64,000 nt of DNA, from NCBI GenBank assembly GCA_905178155.1, contig CAJINV010000005.1:8748449-8812448 (forward strand). Reading direction: 5' to 3'. Each line of letters starts with the position of its first letter. Positions within the stretch are counted from its first letter, which is position 1. Below the pieces are notes generated by a model. That model was not told the DNA's origin and did no database searches. It was given only the letters and a program-made list of their open reading frames with translations. A program made the translations under genes and the position numbers. Positions 1 to 13,109 of the stretch are shown piece after piece. This DNA comes from Amoebophrya sp. A120 (taxonomy: Eukaryota; Protista; Dinoflagellata).

Positions 1-223
1 TCTTCAAATCCAGTTCCGCTTTCAACGCGTGAAACTCCGCCAGCGTCGGGGTTTTCTTGCTGGTGGCAGAAGAAGAATTTTTCGTGAGGGAGAGGTTCTT
101 GGAAGAGGAGGAGTTGGTCGCTTCTTTGTTCTCATTGTCCTTTTTGGAGCTGAACAACCCGGCCCACCAGCTGGTCGTGGGCTCCGCCTGCTGCTCGACG
201 ACTTGCTGTTGCTGTTCCGGCAT
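1..223 (-). CDS. 5' part of small coiled-coil family protein (MPEQQQQVVEQQAEPTTSWWAGLFSS...KTPTLAEFHALKAELDLK), runs off window
   Basis: Hand translation from ATG at 223; resembles the 2463-3469 product (FASLFG, PTLADYVAMQAEM). Confidence 0.6.
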   Translation of the reverse strand, partial: MPEQQQQVVEQQAEPTTSWWAGLFSSKKDNENKEATNSSSSKNLSLTKNSSSATSKKTPTLAEFHALKAELDLK

Positions 224-764
224 TTTTGGTTTGGTTTGGGGGTGTGTCCGAACGAAGTTCGTGGCGTTTGATGTGGGCGGCCACTCAAGGAGGTTTTGTC
301 GACTAGATGAAGGACAAGCGGGTACTATTGGAAGCAACTTTGATGTGTGTTTTGCTGGCGCAGCGCTACTTTTAGTTTTACCAATTTATCAGTCAGACGA
401 GACCGACAACAGGACTGACACCTCTACACGCTCTTGCTCTAGTGGGGACGAAGGTGAAGGATGAGAGCTGTAGCTCTTGTACACCAGAAAAGTACGTCCT
501 TCGTTTGCGCTCACGAGACAGCTCGCTGTTTTGTTTACTAATATGAATGGCGACGGCGAGCGTCATCAAATACCGTGTTTGCTTTTCGACCTTGCCGATT
601 CGTCCCCGAAGAAACAAACAAATGGGAATCAGGCAGAGGCGGACGCATAGCTCTCCGACGAATAACTCTCTGAACTTAGTCGGTAACCTTCGACCAACCC
701 AACTAAATGCCTCGCGATGTGGAGCACGCCCAACATGCGGGGCTGACAGACCCGAAGAGGAAGT

Positions 765-1612
765 TCCGGGCAGGGCGTCGGCCCCAATTTTGTTTTGCCC
801 TGGCCAGTGGTGCAGCAGAGTAGCCTTGGTTTTGAGTCAGCATGCCGGGCCGCCGGTCCTCCCAGGCTTGTTTCCGTGAATGGGAACTGGCGCCCGGGGG
901 TGGGCATATGCAGATGGCCCCTGCCGTCAAATATCGGGCGTCGGCGGATCCCTGCTTCCGGGGGCGGCCCGGCGGGCCACACACGGCCCCAACAACTACA
1001 TGCGCGGTCAGCTCATTAAGCTGCCCATGGCAGATGCGCACACCTGCGCAGGCAACGGCCTGCGCCAAAATATTAGCGGCGCCCATGCATCCCAAGCACC
1101 AGCCGGGCGCCACACTGACTGCCCACCCAACCAGGCAGCGCCCGCCGAAGGGGGCGCAAGGCTGGGGGGGCGCCGGCGGAGGGGCCGGCCCGACCCAAGG
1201 CCCGGCCGCGAGCCAAGCCATGCCCGCGCGTGCGAATTGGGCAGCGGGGCTCCAAAGCGCAACGGGCGCGCAAGCGAGGCCGGCCAAGCCCAGGGGGCGC
1301 ACCAAATAAATAAAAAGAGAACCACACGGCCACGCGCCGCCTCCCGCTCCTTGCCGAGTTGGGTTTTCTCAGTGGTCTGCTGCTCGCAGGCGGGCGCACG
1401 CCGCACCCGCAGCGAAATTTGTCTGCGCGATTCTTGTCCTGTGTGGGCGGCACAAACCAACGGCACTGCCGCCGCGCGTGGAGCTCGCTGGCTCGCACGC
1501 GGCTGCGGCCGGCAAGCTTCGACACTGCCACCCAAGACCCCACAGCGGCGCCCCTCCTCCTGGCCGCGCGCCAAGAAATGCCCAGGGCGGGGCGGCCGGC
1601 CGGCTAGACAAA
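765..1612. repeat. GC-rich intergenic island 1
   Basis: Abrupt GC rise with A-runs; only spurious overlapping ORFs; short motifs (ccaagcc(c)agggggcgc, aaataaataaa) shared with other islands. Confidence 0.5.
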
Positions 1613-2462
1613 TAGAAGCGCAACGCTCTATCGCTATGGTACACAGATGCTGACAGGCACAGGTTTGTGTAAAAATTAAAATGTCAAGTACTCGCATGAA
1701 GAATTCATCTCGGCGTTTGTTTCTTCTCTCAAGCATGGCTCTGTGCAACAGACACGTCAAGATTTTGCACGCTCAATTGCGCTCTGAGCAGACGACGAGA
1801 CACTGAGAACATCGAGCCGGCACAAACCATAACTTTATCTTCTGTATTTTCATCTTGCCGCTCGTGGGCTGTTTACAGACAAAGTAGACGAGGCAGTAAA
1901 ACTGGTGAATGGAAGACTAAGAAGATGGCTTCAACTGCACAAATATTACGATTACTTCATCTCATCAAGATCTGAGACGCACTGCCTCCTCGAATGAAGT
2001 GAAACTTGACATTCGTAGACCCAGTAACGCATCACTCATAGCTACCTTAATCATTGTTCCTAGAGCTATGTGTAAGTGTATGTCATGTGGACTTCTTTGT
2101 ACATTGCCTATGCTAGAACTGAAACTATTCACTGCATCGATTACTGCAGGTTTCGGTCTGCTCGCACTCCAGTCTATTTTGCTGTTTTATTGCGCATTTA
2201 GATAAAAAGATCATGCTGGTAAGTTCTGTGTATAAATTTTGTAAGTTCTGTGTTGTAAAACTACTTTCACTTTGACGTATATCAAATTGCTTCCACAACC
2301 ACATCACCCAACCATTCCTCGACGCACCTTTCCCTCCGGTATTAATCAGAGATCTCTTCTCAACATCCTCGCAGCCACAGTCGGTGTGCTGGTTGACAGC
2401 TACTGATATCAAATCTTCCATTTTAGTCGTAAATTTCCTCCTCACCATCGCTCCCTTCGTCC

Positions 2463-3469
2463 TTACTTGCAGACGCACATGGTTTTCAGCCCCGCCAGGA
2501 ACCCGGCCGCGGTGGCGAGTTTCAAATCCATGATCTCCTTTTTCAAACCGGCAATCTCTTCCTTATGCATTGCACAAGTATCCCACAAGCAGTACACACA
2601 ATTTGCATTACAAATTTTTTCAAGAACAAAAACGGAGTGTGTCATGCCATATCAGGCAGAGAGTTCGATTTGTCATGCAGGACTGCAATCAGTAAAACGA
2701 AAGAGTGCGATACTTTTGCAATGCATATTCCTCACAGGACTTCAATTTCACCTGTTGCTCGCCGAACTCCTGCTTCTTCGATTCCAACTCCTTGTATGCA
2801 TATTGCAAAAACGTTTTTTGTGTCCATCTCCATCAATTTGTTTCCATCTACTGCAAGCGCAACTGCAAATTTTTGCATGACAAATTTTCTTTCAGTATGG
2901 GAACAAAGCTGGAATCTCTCATGCAGAATCAGGTATGAGTAAATCACTGATCAGTGGTCATGCCAGACTGGTGCAAGAGCTTGCACGATGACGAGGACAT
3001 CATGATATTTTTGCACGTGTGATACCTTGTCCTTCTCCACCATTTCGGCCTGCATGGCGACGTAGTCTGCCAGGGTGGGTTCGTCCTTGGTAGCGGCGGA
3101 AGAATTATGCATTGCAAATATGTCTGGATCTGGAGAAGAGGAACTTGTGATGCTTGTCTTCGATTTCATTCTGGAAGACCCTTGATCATTTTGCCGCATG
3201 ATCGACAAAAACCGAGCTTGTTTCACGCAAAAATTGCGTCACATCATTTTGTCATGCGCACTAGGGATTAAGAGGAAGCCAAGTAGCTGTAACAACGCCA
3301 GACCGCAAAAACATATTTGCATTTGATAAGAAGCCTTCTGCCCGGCGCTCGGGGTGGATGTGGTAGTCGCGGCGTCGTCACCTTTGTCTGAGGTGGCGGT
3401 TTGGTTCTCCGTCAGCTGCTTGTCGTCGGTCGCGACGACCGCAGCGGAACCGAACAGAGAGGCAAACAT
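2463..3469 (-). CDS. Small coiled-coil protein, 4 exons, ends AAGFLAGLKTMCVCK*
   Basis: Removing elements 3106-3328, 2795-3024 and 2564-2727, each plus 5 nt, gives one continuous ORF. Confidence 0.75.
2564..2727. mobile_element. Introner, family A-like
   Basis: TIR tatgcattgca..tgcaatgcata; direct repeat ttcct/ttcct. Confidence 0.9.
2795..3024. mobile_element. Introner, degenerate
   Basis: TAT..ATA termini; direct repeat ccttg/ccttg; frame restored on removal. Confidence 0.8.
3106..3328. mobile_element. Introner, family B
   Basis: tgcaaatatgtctggatctgga end; direct repeat agaat/agaag. Confidence 0.85.
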
Positions 3470-3884
3470 GATTTTTTGAAGATGGTGCAGTTGCTTCGTG
3501 TTCTACTTGTTATCGGAGATTGATGAAAAGCCAGTGCTTCGTAGTTGCAGTTGGAGATCTGTTTGTTCTTTCGGGGATGGATGTACAATAAATCAAGTCG
3601 TTTGAATACCAAGCTAGCTCGTCGTCTCTCCGGAAAACAAAACAAAAAAACGCAAAGACGTTGACAACTGGGCATGAATCAAGTTCGCCCACTGTGTGGC
3701 TACGCAGAAAAAAACTCAACTCAATACAGGACGTCGACGTTTCAAAAAAAAATATCTCGCCGAAAACAGAATCAATACTGCGCAGCAAATCTTAAGACAG
3801 TGATATTTGACGGCACACTACCAGTATCGGTAACAACACGGGCCTGTTTGCAAGAAGATGGCTTGTCGTTGTCCCATTGTGATT

Positions 3885-4515
3885 GAGGCCACAAACCCGC
3901 GGCCAAAGGTGTGAGTCAGACTCAGACAAGCAGAAGGCAACGTCCACACAAAATGCCGTGCCGCGCCTGCTAGCTTGGTCCCACAGGAGGCTCCCTGTAA
4001 CAAGGCACTCGGCAACGCCTTCCCCCCGTCGCCCAGCACCGCGGCGCGCCACCACTGCGCGCTAGCAAGCAAGCTGCGGCGCCGAGCGGCCGAAGGGGAA
4101 CTGACACACGCACGGGCGTGCGAGAGGGCCCAAGCAAGCCCCGGGCTCCCCGGCCCAAAATAAATAAAGCGTCGCAAGCGCGGCGCGCGGGCCCGGGGGC
4201 CCAACAGACACCCGGGGCAAGCAAAAAGAGGGCCGCCGCCCGCCCGCCGGCCGGGCCCGGCTTTAGCAACAGAGGGAGGGGGGCGAGTTCGGAGGCCCCC
4301 CGCCCGTGGCAATGGCGCGGGAACCGGGCGCCGGGGCGAGGTCGCCGAGCCAGAAAGAAAGCGCGCGGACAGCGGGGCTTTGTGTTTTTGAAGTGCGTTG
4401 GTCGGCGCCGCCACCGCGCGGCGGGCTTCGCTCCGTGTGCAATCCGGAGTCTTTCCGCCCTAGCCCTGCCGGCGCGCTGCCCCCGCGCGCAAACCACTCC
4501 ACCCGCGGCGCTGGC
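3885..4515. repeat. GC-rich intergenic island 2
   Basis: Composition; shares aaataaataaa-type motif with island 1. Confidence 0.5.
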
Positions 4516-5199
4516 TGCCTCCTACGCAACCGCAGTCACGCACGAGCTTGCTGATCACGATACTCGAGACGGCTGGACGCAATTCATGGGTGATATGGAA
4601 GCGAGGGCTAGGAGCGTCGTTTTCCGGTACACTAATGCTAAACGCGGTGGCGCCTCACTCAACAAAAGGAACGCGTTGCTTCTTCTTGTTCTCCAGGATG
4701 TGAAGTTCTATCAGCAACTCACCTCCACTCGTCGTTCGTTACTCCTTCCACTCACGGTCGCGTCAGCGCCACTCACTGCAACCAATCTGCTGACCAGAAA
4801 CGCTAACGCAGCAACAAGATGAAGGCGAACATTCTCGCTACAGAAACAGAATCTGAGTGGGGAAGCTACATTTCTCTGCAATCATATTTCTCCAAGAAGC
4901 AGGCACTGTGGTTCATTTTCTACAGCTTCTCTTTCTAGACGTTTGTTGCGTTGGCTTGAAAGTTTTTGTCTCGTAGAAAATGATTGTGACATCGTTAGAA
5001 CAGTGATATCCCCTAGTAGGAGCGGACAAAGCAACGCAATTTCTATACCGAACTTATTTCATTCATGTTCGTCTGCGAGGAAAACGAGCTGTACATGAAT
5101 ATCACTATCACAACCAATCTACATCATGCCGTGTCTAGATACCGAAAAGTAGACTGCGGAGTGGTTTTTAATGCTATTAGTGCATGAGCATGCATTTTA

Positions 5200-5996
5200 A
5201 ATACGTTTCGCACAAAAATGTTTACTTCTTCTTCTCTTCGATCCTCTTAAAAGAAAACGCAAAAGTGTTGACTGAATCATACATGATTACCGCTAAAATT
5301 TGTAATGATAGCGACTAACTTCATTTCTTTGGTACATCCGTCTCGGGAAGAATAGATTTAGGATTACGTCGTCCAAGATCGAATTACTTGTGCGACCTGT
5401 CACGACATCTCGGTGAAACTAAAAGTACTAGTACGATTAAACTTTTGCACTGGATAAACTGCTCCGTGAACGTGTTTTCCGCATTGTACTTGGCAAACGG
5501 AATCTGCAGCGGTTCTTTCGGAATCAGCTCGAACACCCGCTCGGAGGACCGGAGTTCGTGCTGGTCAAAATCCTCATCTTCCCAGGTCTCCTTGTCATTT
5601 AGCATGACAGATTTGTTCGCCGCACAATTGGTCGTCGTCGTAGTAGCTCCAATCGCCGTCCCCCCGAAACTCAACCGACGGCCAGCACTGTTCGCGCGGG
5701 GGGCGGGGATCTGTAGAGGGAAGGGATTTTAGAATTTCGATTTGTCATGCTGAGTTCCACATTCATAATCCCATCTGTAATGCAAAAAGCGACAAGAAAT
5801 TATACGTGCGACGGCGGTTTGTTCGGGCGGCGGACGCGGTCCTTCGGAGCGTTGCGTTTCACGTCCAGTTGGTAGCAGTTGTTCTCGTAGTCAACGCCTT
5901 CGACGAACGCTATCGAATGGAAAAGTATCGTACCCATGCCGTAGTCATTGCAATATATGCATGACAAATCTGCTTTCTTAGGTAATTTAGCATAGC
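5200..5996 (-). pseudogene. Chimeric duplicated fragment of the 14735-17141 gene
   Basis: 5426-5996 matches 16300-16870; 5200-5806 matches 22740-23346 with one mismatch seen; both ends of the first match fall inside introners. Confidence 0.8.
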
Positions 5997-6790
5997 GGGA
6001 ACGCGGGCAGGGCGGGCAGGGCGGGAACGCGGGCGAACGTTCTCGCTTTCGCCATCGCGCCAACCTGCGTTCGCCATGCAAGCGGCGCTAGGTTGTAACA
6101 CTTTTTACTACTGCCGCGGCAAAAAGTGTTACACCCCCTGCCCGACGGTGTGGCGTTTTTGCTTTTCTGCATTTTCGGGGCCGGATCGCGCGCGCGCAAG
6201 CACCAAAAAGGCTGCACGCCCCCACGCGTGGGCGCCCCTATGCGTACAAGCCTACGGGGCCACCAGCTGCTTGCCCACCAAGGACGAGCGGCGCTTTGTG
6301 TAATATAAAAGGGCATCGTGGGCCTGGGCCCGAGAAAGACGGCCCGCTGAGTCACCTGCGCCGGCTAACCCTTCCTCCGAATGGGGCCGCTTCGGCATTG
6401 CCAACAGGCCTCGCAAGAGCCAGAACCCCACCAGCCCGCCAGGCCCGGGCACCCCGGCAGCCGGCGCCCGTGCGAGGCAGGGACGTTGAACATCCCCGCG
6501 AGCGGCGCAACCAATGGAGGCGACCCCCGCCTAAATGAAGAAGAGCCGCGGCCGCTGACTAGGGGCAGATATTTTCCGCAGAAGTGAATCATGTCTGCGG
6601 AAAATATCTGCCCCCAGTCGCACTCTTAGAATTTTGAAAATGGCGCGCACCCGCGCGAAAATTGTGAATGGCTATCCCTGCAGCACATTTTTGGTTTTTG
6701 ACACGCTATAAAATAAAAAAAAAGCTGCCCTTTCGGGTCCTTGGATTTCAAATTTGCGCCAACCTTTCACCTCGCATAGTTTTTCAAAAT
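5997..6790. repeat. GC-rich island 3 with internal inverted repeats
   Basis: Starts in the middle of a truncated introner; IRs at 6094-6133 and 6557-6619. Confidence 0.55.
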
Positions 6791-6898
6791 CGCTTGTGCG
6801 ACCTGTCACGACATCACGGTGAAACTAAAAGTGGTGTCTCTCTACGTACGGCGTAACTTCTTCATCCCTCACGACCTCTTCAACTTTCATCAGAGTCC

Positions 6899-8037
6899 TC
6901 ACTTGCACGTGACAAACTTCTCGACCCCGGAGAGAAAAGCGGGGGGCGGAGGAATAACTACGTCGCCGGTTATTTCTCCTGCTTGTTCTTGTAGTTCGTC
7001 TACTTCCACTTGAATATTCATGTCCGCCGCTTCGTTATTCCTGCTAGGACTATCCACTTTTATCCTCCTCACCTCTTGCAACTCTCGTTCCAACGCCGCT
7101 ATCCGGTTTGTATGCGTTGCAAAAGCATCTTCGCACTTGTAGTAAAAGTAATCCTAATCGTACTAGACATGCATGACAAATTCTATTCTTCCAGGTAGAT
7201 AAGCATTACAAACTGCGTTTTTAAATTTAATGCTGAGAAAATTTGGCATGCGATTTGTACTACTATGTATCAAGATAGAGATACTTTTGCAATGCATAGT
7301 TTGTTTTTTCCTCCAATTTCGCCTTCAAATCTCCTACCTCCTCCACCGCTTGTTCGTACTTCTGGTAGCAGGAGCAGAAATTCTCGGTTACTTCCTCCAA
7401 TTCCCCATTCACCCGAAGGAACTCGCCGTTCACAAATTCCAATTCTTCTTTCACCAGATCCAGTTCCGACATGGTGGGTGAAGAAGGAAGGGCTAGTTGA
7501 TCGTGGGTTACATCAACCTGGGTGGAGAGAGATCGGAGGCAGTTGGAATTTATGCATAACAGGACAAATGATGGTTCGAATCTTGATCTTCTGAAATCAG
7601 AATTACATACAAACGGTGCTCGTCGTCCTCGTCCTAGACCTAGCAGTCACAGTGGTCCTGATCAAATACAAATACGGGTGTAGTCGAAAATGTACCTCCG
7701 AGTCATCCCTTTCCTCTTCTTCTGCCACTTCATCCTCGAAAACCACCGGCAACCGCGTCGAGGACGAGGAAGATTGGTTTTGAGCGACGACTCCAAGACC
7801 TCTCTGGTGGTTGCAGCGGCAGTTCAGTTGAAACTTCTCCTGTTTCTTGTTGGAGAATTTGAGGGACACTGTTTCTCCCACATCGCATGTTGATGCTCCC
7901 TGAAGACCCGGGAGCCAGTTCTGCTTGGAATAAGGCGGATTGGGGTGGTTCTGCAGCAGGTTATGAGTTGCGCCCGACGGAAGATGTGTTCTGCTCGTGG
8001 AGACAGGCATCTCTGAACAATAGAAAACAGACAACAC
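6899..8037 (-). CDS. Coiled-coil protein ending AFLSGVEKFVTCK*; 5' end uncertain
   Basis: Exons 7299-7472 and 6899-7110 lie either side of element 7111-7298; Glu/Leu-rich heptads. Confidence 0.55.
7111..7298. mobile_element. Introner, family A
   Basis: Direct repeat gtttg/gtttg; TIR. Confidence 0.9.
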
Positions 8038-8569
8038 AATCCGTAAACGAGGCAGGTAGGTTACAAGAACTGCAGGTGCCGGACCAAATGGGGACTACCT
8101 GGCTTCTACTTCGCATACGAAATAAAAGGTTCAATTCTGAAGACCAGTTTTGGATTCCTGGATCAACATCAAGGATGAGACCGCGCGCGCTGCCACTCCC
8201 TGTGAGCAAGGTCGTGTAATCGCTCACGTTCATCTAAGTTCCCCGACGTCCTCTTCGCACGCAACGACTCATCGACACTTGGTTGGTACACAACGACTCA
8301 TCATCATTCCCCTCCTCTTCTTGTGGCAACCGGAGCGAGCGGCTGTCCGTTGTAGTATACCATGCAACACATTGGCCGAACGAGACGAACTCGACGCCGA
8401 TTCATTTTGCAGGGACCACCATGCAACCAATGCGAAATCACAATCACGCCTCTTTGTCAGGGAGTAAACAAACTGATGGCGCGCACGATCTTGATGTTGC
8501 TGACAGGTAACTTGAAGCACGGGCCGAGTCGTCGCTCCACACACATCACTACCGTCAAACGGCAGCAGG

Positions 8570-9300
8570 GGCCAAGGTAGGAGAACCCGGCAGCGGGCCC
8601 GCCTTTACTTACGCGCCCTGACGGCCGGCGAGAGGGTGCGCCCTAGTATTAAGCCACACCATACACATGGCAGAGAGGTGCGCCGGACCACGGACCCAGC
8701 CGGGCCCGCGGCTTGTTACTTCCGTTCCCCTCTATACTACCTTCAGCCCCTCGGCAAACGAGACCAGCCAAGCGCGCGCACCGCGCCGGGCGCGGAAGCA
8801 GGGCGGGGGCGGACCACAAAAGGCCCACGAAGGAGGGCCGCAAAACTGCCGACGCGGAAAAGGACACGCGCCCAGATCGCGCGGCGCCCAAGCACACAAC
8901 GACAGCAAGGGCGCGCCGGCGTGCCCGAGGAGGCAAACAACCAAGCCAGGGGGCGCGCGCGCTGCGCACCTGGCCCCCCGCAGAAATATGGGGGCGGGCG
9001 CAAGGCCTCGAAGGCCCCCACGACACACGCCCCCCCGGAAAAGGTTACGGCGGGCCCTTGGCGATGGAGCTGGTAGCGGAAGACGAGCCGAGGTTCTCGA
9101 GAAACTCCCGCTCGCCCCAAACTGCTCGCGCCCTTCTCCGTGAAAAAGTTCGCCTCGGAGTTCCCGCGCGTCGGCGCGCCGACCCGTCGCCCCCGCCTCC
9201 CCGCGGCCGCGCCAGCGGCGACAGGGGGGCGCGCACAAGCTGCGGGCGCCGGAGGCGCTGGCAATGCCAGCCAGCAAGGGGCGGCCGCCCTGCTTTTAGC
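8570..9300. repeat. GC-rich intergenic island 4
   Basis: Composition; ccaagccagggggcgc at 8941 resembles island 1 at ~1284. Confidence 0.5.
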
Positions 9301-10158
9301 CCAGTTCACTCCTGCTCGCATTTTTCCAACATAATTCACTTTGCGCCCCTTCTCCTCGCACGCCCCTCGCATTTCGTCATATATTTCTTCCGTGGTATGT
9401 CGAAACCCCGAGGAACAACTCTGGCTGCGTTTGTGGTAGTTTCTTTCAAACTCCTTCGCGGCGCGATACTTCGGCAGTGCGCCATTTCTAGATTTCCAAA
9501 TCATACAGAGTACTGCTTTCGTCTTGAATAAATACAATTCTTTAAGAAGATGCGCGCGGAAGTGAGTACATACAGATAGAGAGTCGCTGCATCTTCAGCG
9601 GTTCCACATAATCTCACAAACTTTGGTGGAGAGGCGTAATTTGAACTCTGCGCGCTTGCCTGGCAAAAAAACAGGTGAAACAGAAACTGTGGCTAGAAAT
9701 AGCAAACAGAAATGATCAGGGTAAAACGAGAATACATGTTGTTACAGGGTAAAAAGAGTCATAAGTTTCCTGCGTCAGAGCCGAGTTGCATCATACAGTC
9801 AAGCAATAAAACATCAAATCTAGCAGTACTTATTTTGTAGCCTGTCATGCTACTTCGGTTTTGCGAAAATTCTGACTTGAAGATATACGTTTTTTTTTGA
9901 ATAAAATTCACTATATTTAGCAACACTAATAGCGACAGAGTATTGATACTTTTTAGAGAAAAACAGCACTCCTTCATTCTAGACAGAAAGCAAGTGCGAT
10001 TGTCGTAAGTGTCACAGAAAACTCAACAAAAAATCACTGTAATCATAATTCGAGCAAATCCAGACCTCCCCATCCACATTATCTTCCAATGTTGCCGATT
10101 CTAATACAACACCTCCGGCTTTTTTTCCTTTTTCTTTGGTCGTGACACAGCCGAAAGA

Positions 10159-12796
10159 TTATTGTTCTTTCTCCTCGCTACTACTCAATTCGAAGTCGAC
10201 ATTTTCGAACAAATCTTTCAAAAGCTTCTCCTCATCCACTTCGAACAAACCCCGTTCGAACAATGGTCCAGCAAAACTGCGCCGGGTCCGTGCGTCGAGA
10301 GGTCGTCGCCGTGGTGGATTGCGGTGAAAGGTGGGCTGGAGGTTTCCTTTATTCGTCCGACTCAATTTTTCCTCCAACTCCCTAACCTTTCCGTCCCGTG
10401 TCTTCAGTTGGAATTTCAAACAGTCAATCTCCGACACCTTCAACCCCAACTGCGTCGTATGCTCTGCAAAAGTATTGTTATACTCGTAGTAATTCAAATT
10501 CTAATTGCTCTTCTGCATGACAAATCTCCTTCCTAAGGTAAAACAGCATTACAGATTTCTTGTGTAATGCTAAGAAAATTTGTAATGAAATTACGACTAG
10601 TGCGATGCTTTTGCAACGCATACGTCGTCTTCTCCCCCAACTCCCTTTTCACCGCCTCAAACTCCTCCAGGGTAACGTATCCACGTTTTGAATCCTCCGC
10701 AAATGCATCGCACGACTGGCAGCACATGGGACAAATTGCGATCACGCATTACAAATTCCGATTGTTCCGGTGAATTCGCATTACAAATTCCAGTTCTTTG
10801 TCATGCCAAACCAGGTTCTTGCCATGCGAAATCTGCGTAGCTAGTACGATACTGTAGTTGCACAGGATATCCGTCGGGCGCGTACAGTGTGGTCACTTTC
10901 GACGGGCCGTCGTACGGGATCATGTCGTGAAATTTATTTTCATGTTGGTTCTGATGTTGGGCGGAGTTGTTATCCTGCTTTTCTTCACTGGTAGCCGCAG
11001 GATTTCCGGTGACTTGTACTGGTATAGTCGTGTTTGGATTCTTGTTCTGGACACCTGCAGTAGCAGCAGGAGCAGCAGGGTGGTCTGCCGTACAAATCGT
11101 AATCGCGATCTGTCCGATGGTACGATTATTGGCGCCGCAGTTTTTACTTGCACTAGAACAAGCTGCGATCGTGGTCGGCACAACTACTGCTTCCGGAGCA
11201 GGATCATGATTCTGGTGCTGGTGCTGGACCTCCACTGCCTGGTTGCTACATTTGTTCGGCAGAAACGGATTTTTCTTTATCACCTCGGGAGGTGTACAGG
11301 TACGCGTGGGCGGCTGAAAGATCCCGCGAAAAAAGTGTTGCAATTACACATCTGTTGTCAATTCAGCAAGACAAATTTTTCTGCATGAGAGAGAAAACTT
11401 GCAATGCAGAAATCCTACGGGAAAACAGCTATGACACGAGGCTCCTATGCATATCCGGCATGACAGAGCTTGTCTGTCTTGCTTGGCCTGCGACGCAATG
11501 TGTAACTGTAACACTTTTTTCTTGCGATATGGAAGATCCCGGCTTTATTCGCATCCTCCGCGGCCGGAGCAGCGGGGGCGGCGGAACGGAGGGTCTGTGA
11601 GTGATTATTTGTGCGGTTTTGCATTGCAATTCGGAATGATATAGCTTTACGACACACGGACAGCACATACTTGCAGTCGTTTCTGCATGACAGAACATCA
11701 AGAAGTAGATGAAACAAATTTTATCATTCCGCATCACCTTCCGGTCCGGTAATCGCACCCGATAGTACGGTGCTTTGGGCTGGACGTCGAGTTTGTAAAT
11801 TCGCTGGCTGTGCGAGTACCCTTCCACCGTTCCGAAGATCCACCGGCTTTGCGTTTCCGAGTAGTACACAACCGTAGTGCCCTTCTCGTACGGCTTAAGT
11901 GGGGGAGCTGGGAAGGGATGCAGTGTGGGGGGTTGAAACGCACGGGTCGGGTTAGTGTGCTGCTGATAATGGAAATGCTCTTGTTTCTGCGCCATCGGGG
12001 GGTAGGACGCGGTTCTGCGTTGCAGGACGGCGGGGTAGAGCGAGGAATTGGATTTTGGATTTTGCAACAAAGTAGATTTCAGATGCTGCTGATCTGCCGG
12101 CTTCGGATGCAGTTTAATCCGCTGCTGCTGTTCCTGTTCTTGTTTCCCTCGACCAGCCGCGTCACCGCAATTCTCTTTGCTGTTATTCCCGCTCGTCGGA
12201 CAACAAGGTGGTTGCTGTTGATGAAACAAATTTTTACTCGCGTGGTGAATCATCAATACACTGCTGTCCTGCAGTTCGTCCTCCTTTTTCCGTTTTTTGT
12301 CGGATTCCCGGATTTTGTCCAAAATCTTCGGCGTTTCGTACTCCTATCAAATGTAAAAATGTCTGGGTCTGGAAGATTGGAACTTGTGATGCTACCTTTG
12401 GACTCTAGAAAAATCTGTATTGCATGACCAGCAAGAGGCGTCTAGTTTGTGCTACGCGGGGAGGGCGTTTGTCATGCGGAGTAGGCATCAGGAAGCCAGC
12501 TCAATATCTGTGATGCGCGGTCGTGCATTACAGACATCCTGGGTCATCGAAAACATGCATGACAAATCTCAGAATCTTCCAGACCCAGACATTTTTACAT
12601 TTGATAACTCCCAGTAGCGTTGGATTCTTCGGCGCGGCACACGCGGTGAAAATAAATCGTCGTAGATGCAGGAGTTGTCGGCTTTATTTCCCGGAATGAG
12701 GCTGCGTTGCTGAGGCTGCTGTTGATGTTGTTCTTGCAAGATTTTTCTCTCTTTGGAATCGCCACGAATCCTCATTTTAGGTGTGTTGAACTTCAA
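10159..12796 (-). CDS. Multi-exon Gln-rich protein with Tudor/Agenet-like domain (YEKGTTVVYYSETQSRWIFGTVEG...YKLDVQPKA) and C-terminal coiled coil
   Basis: Co-oriented ORF pieces separated by introners; domain similar to the one in 14735-17141; domain name inferred from motif pattern. Confidence 0.55.
10458..10622. mobile_element. Introner, family A
   Basis: Direct repeat cgtcg/cgtcg. Confidence 0.9.
11320..11529. mobile_element. Introner, family D
   Basis: Homologous to 57160-57376; direct repeat tgaaa/tggaa. Confidence 0.75.
12345..12606. mobile_element. Introner, family B, perfect 34-bp TIR (probably young)
   Basis: TIR tatcaaatgtaaaaatgtctgggtctggaagatt; direct repeat actcc/actcc. Confidence 0.95.
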
Positions 12797-13109
12797 GAAC
12801 TTTGCTCTTTTTCATACGTGATTCAGCTAGCAAAGTGCTGCTTTTTTTATGGATCCGAACAAAACGAACAACGACAGAGATCTGATCTGCACTTCGAGGC
12901 TATGGGTGGTGGAGGTGCAATCAAAAAGAAGGCGAAACGAAAAAGCGACCAAGGCAATAAAATCGAATATGCGACAAGAAACGATGTAGCAAACAAGAAG
13001 GAATTTAGAATAGCGATCTTCTACCACGGACGGATGTGCTTACTTCTTCGAAGCGAAGCGACCAGTAAACGAGTGCGACATGTTGATGTTTCACGACGAT
13101 GAAAACAAA

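Noticed and set aside
703-1760. Long overlapping ORFs in GC-rich islands (also 3818-4822, 8636-9537, 13099-14220, 32261-33897, 52400-54600)
   Set aside because: Open in many frames because of GC content or repeats; Arg/Pro/Ala/Gly-rich with no domain signal.
12345-12606. Recurring peptides such as CKYVWVWK, PDPDIFA and CKSIVLV in the ORF track as a protein repeat family
   Set aside because: They are translations of introner TIRs, not coding sequence.
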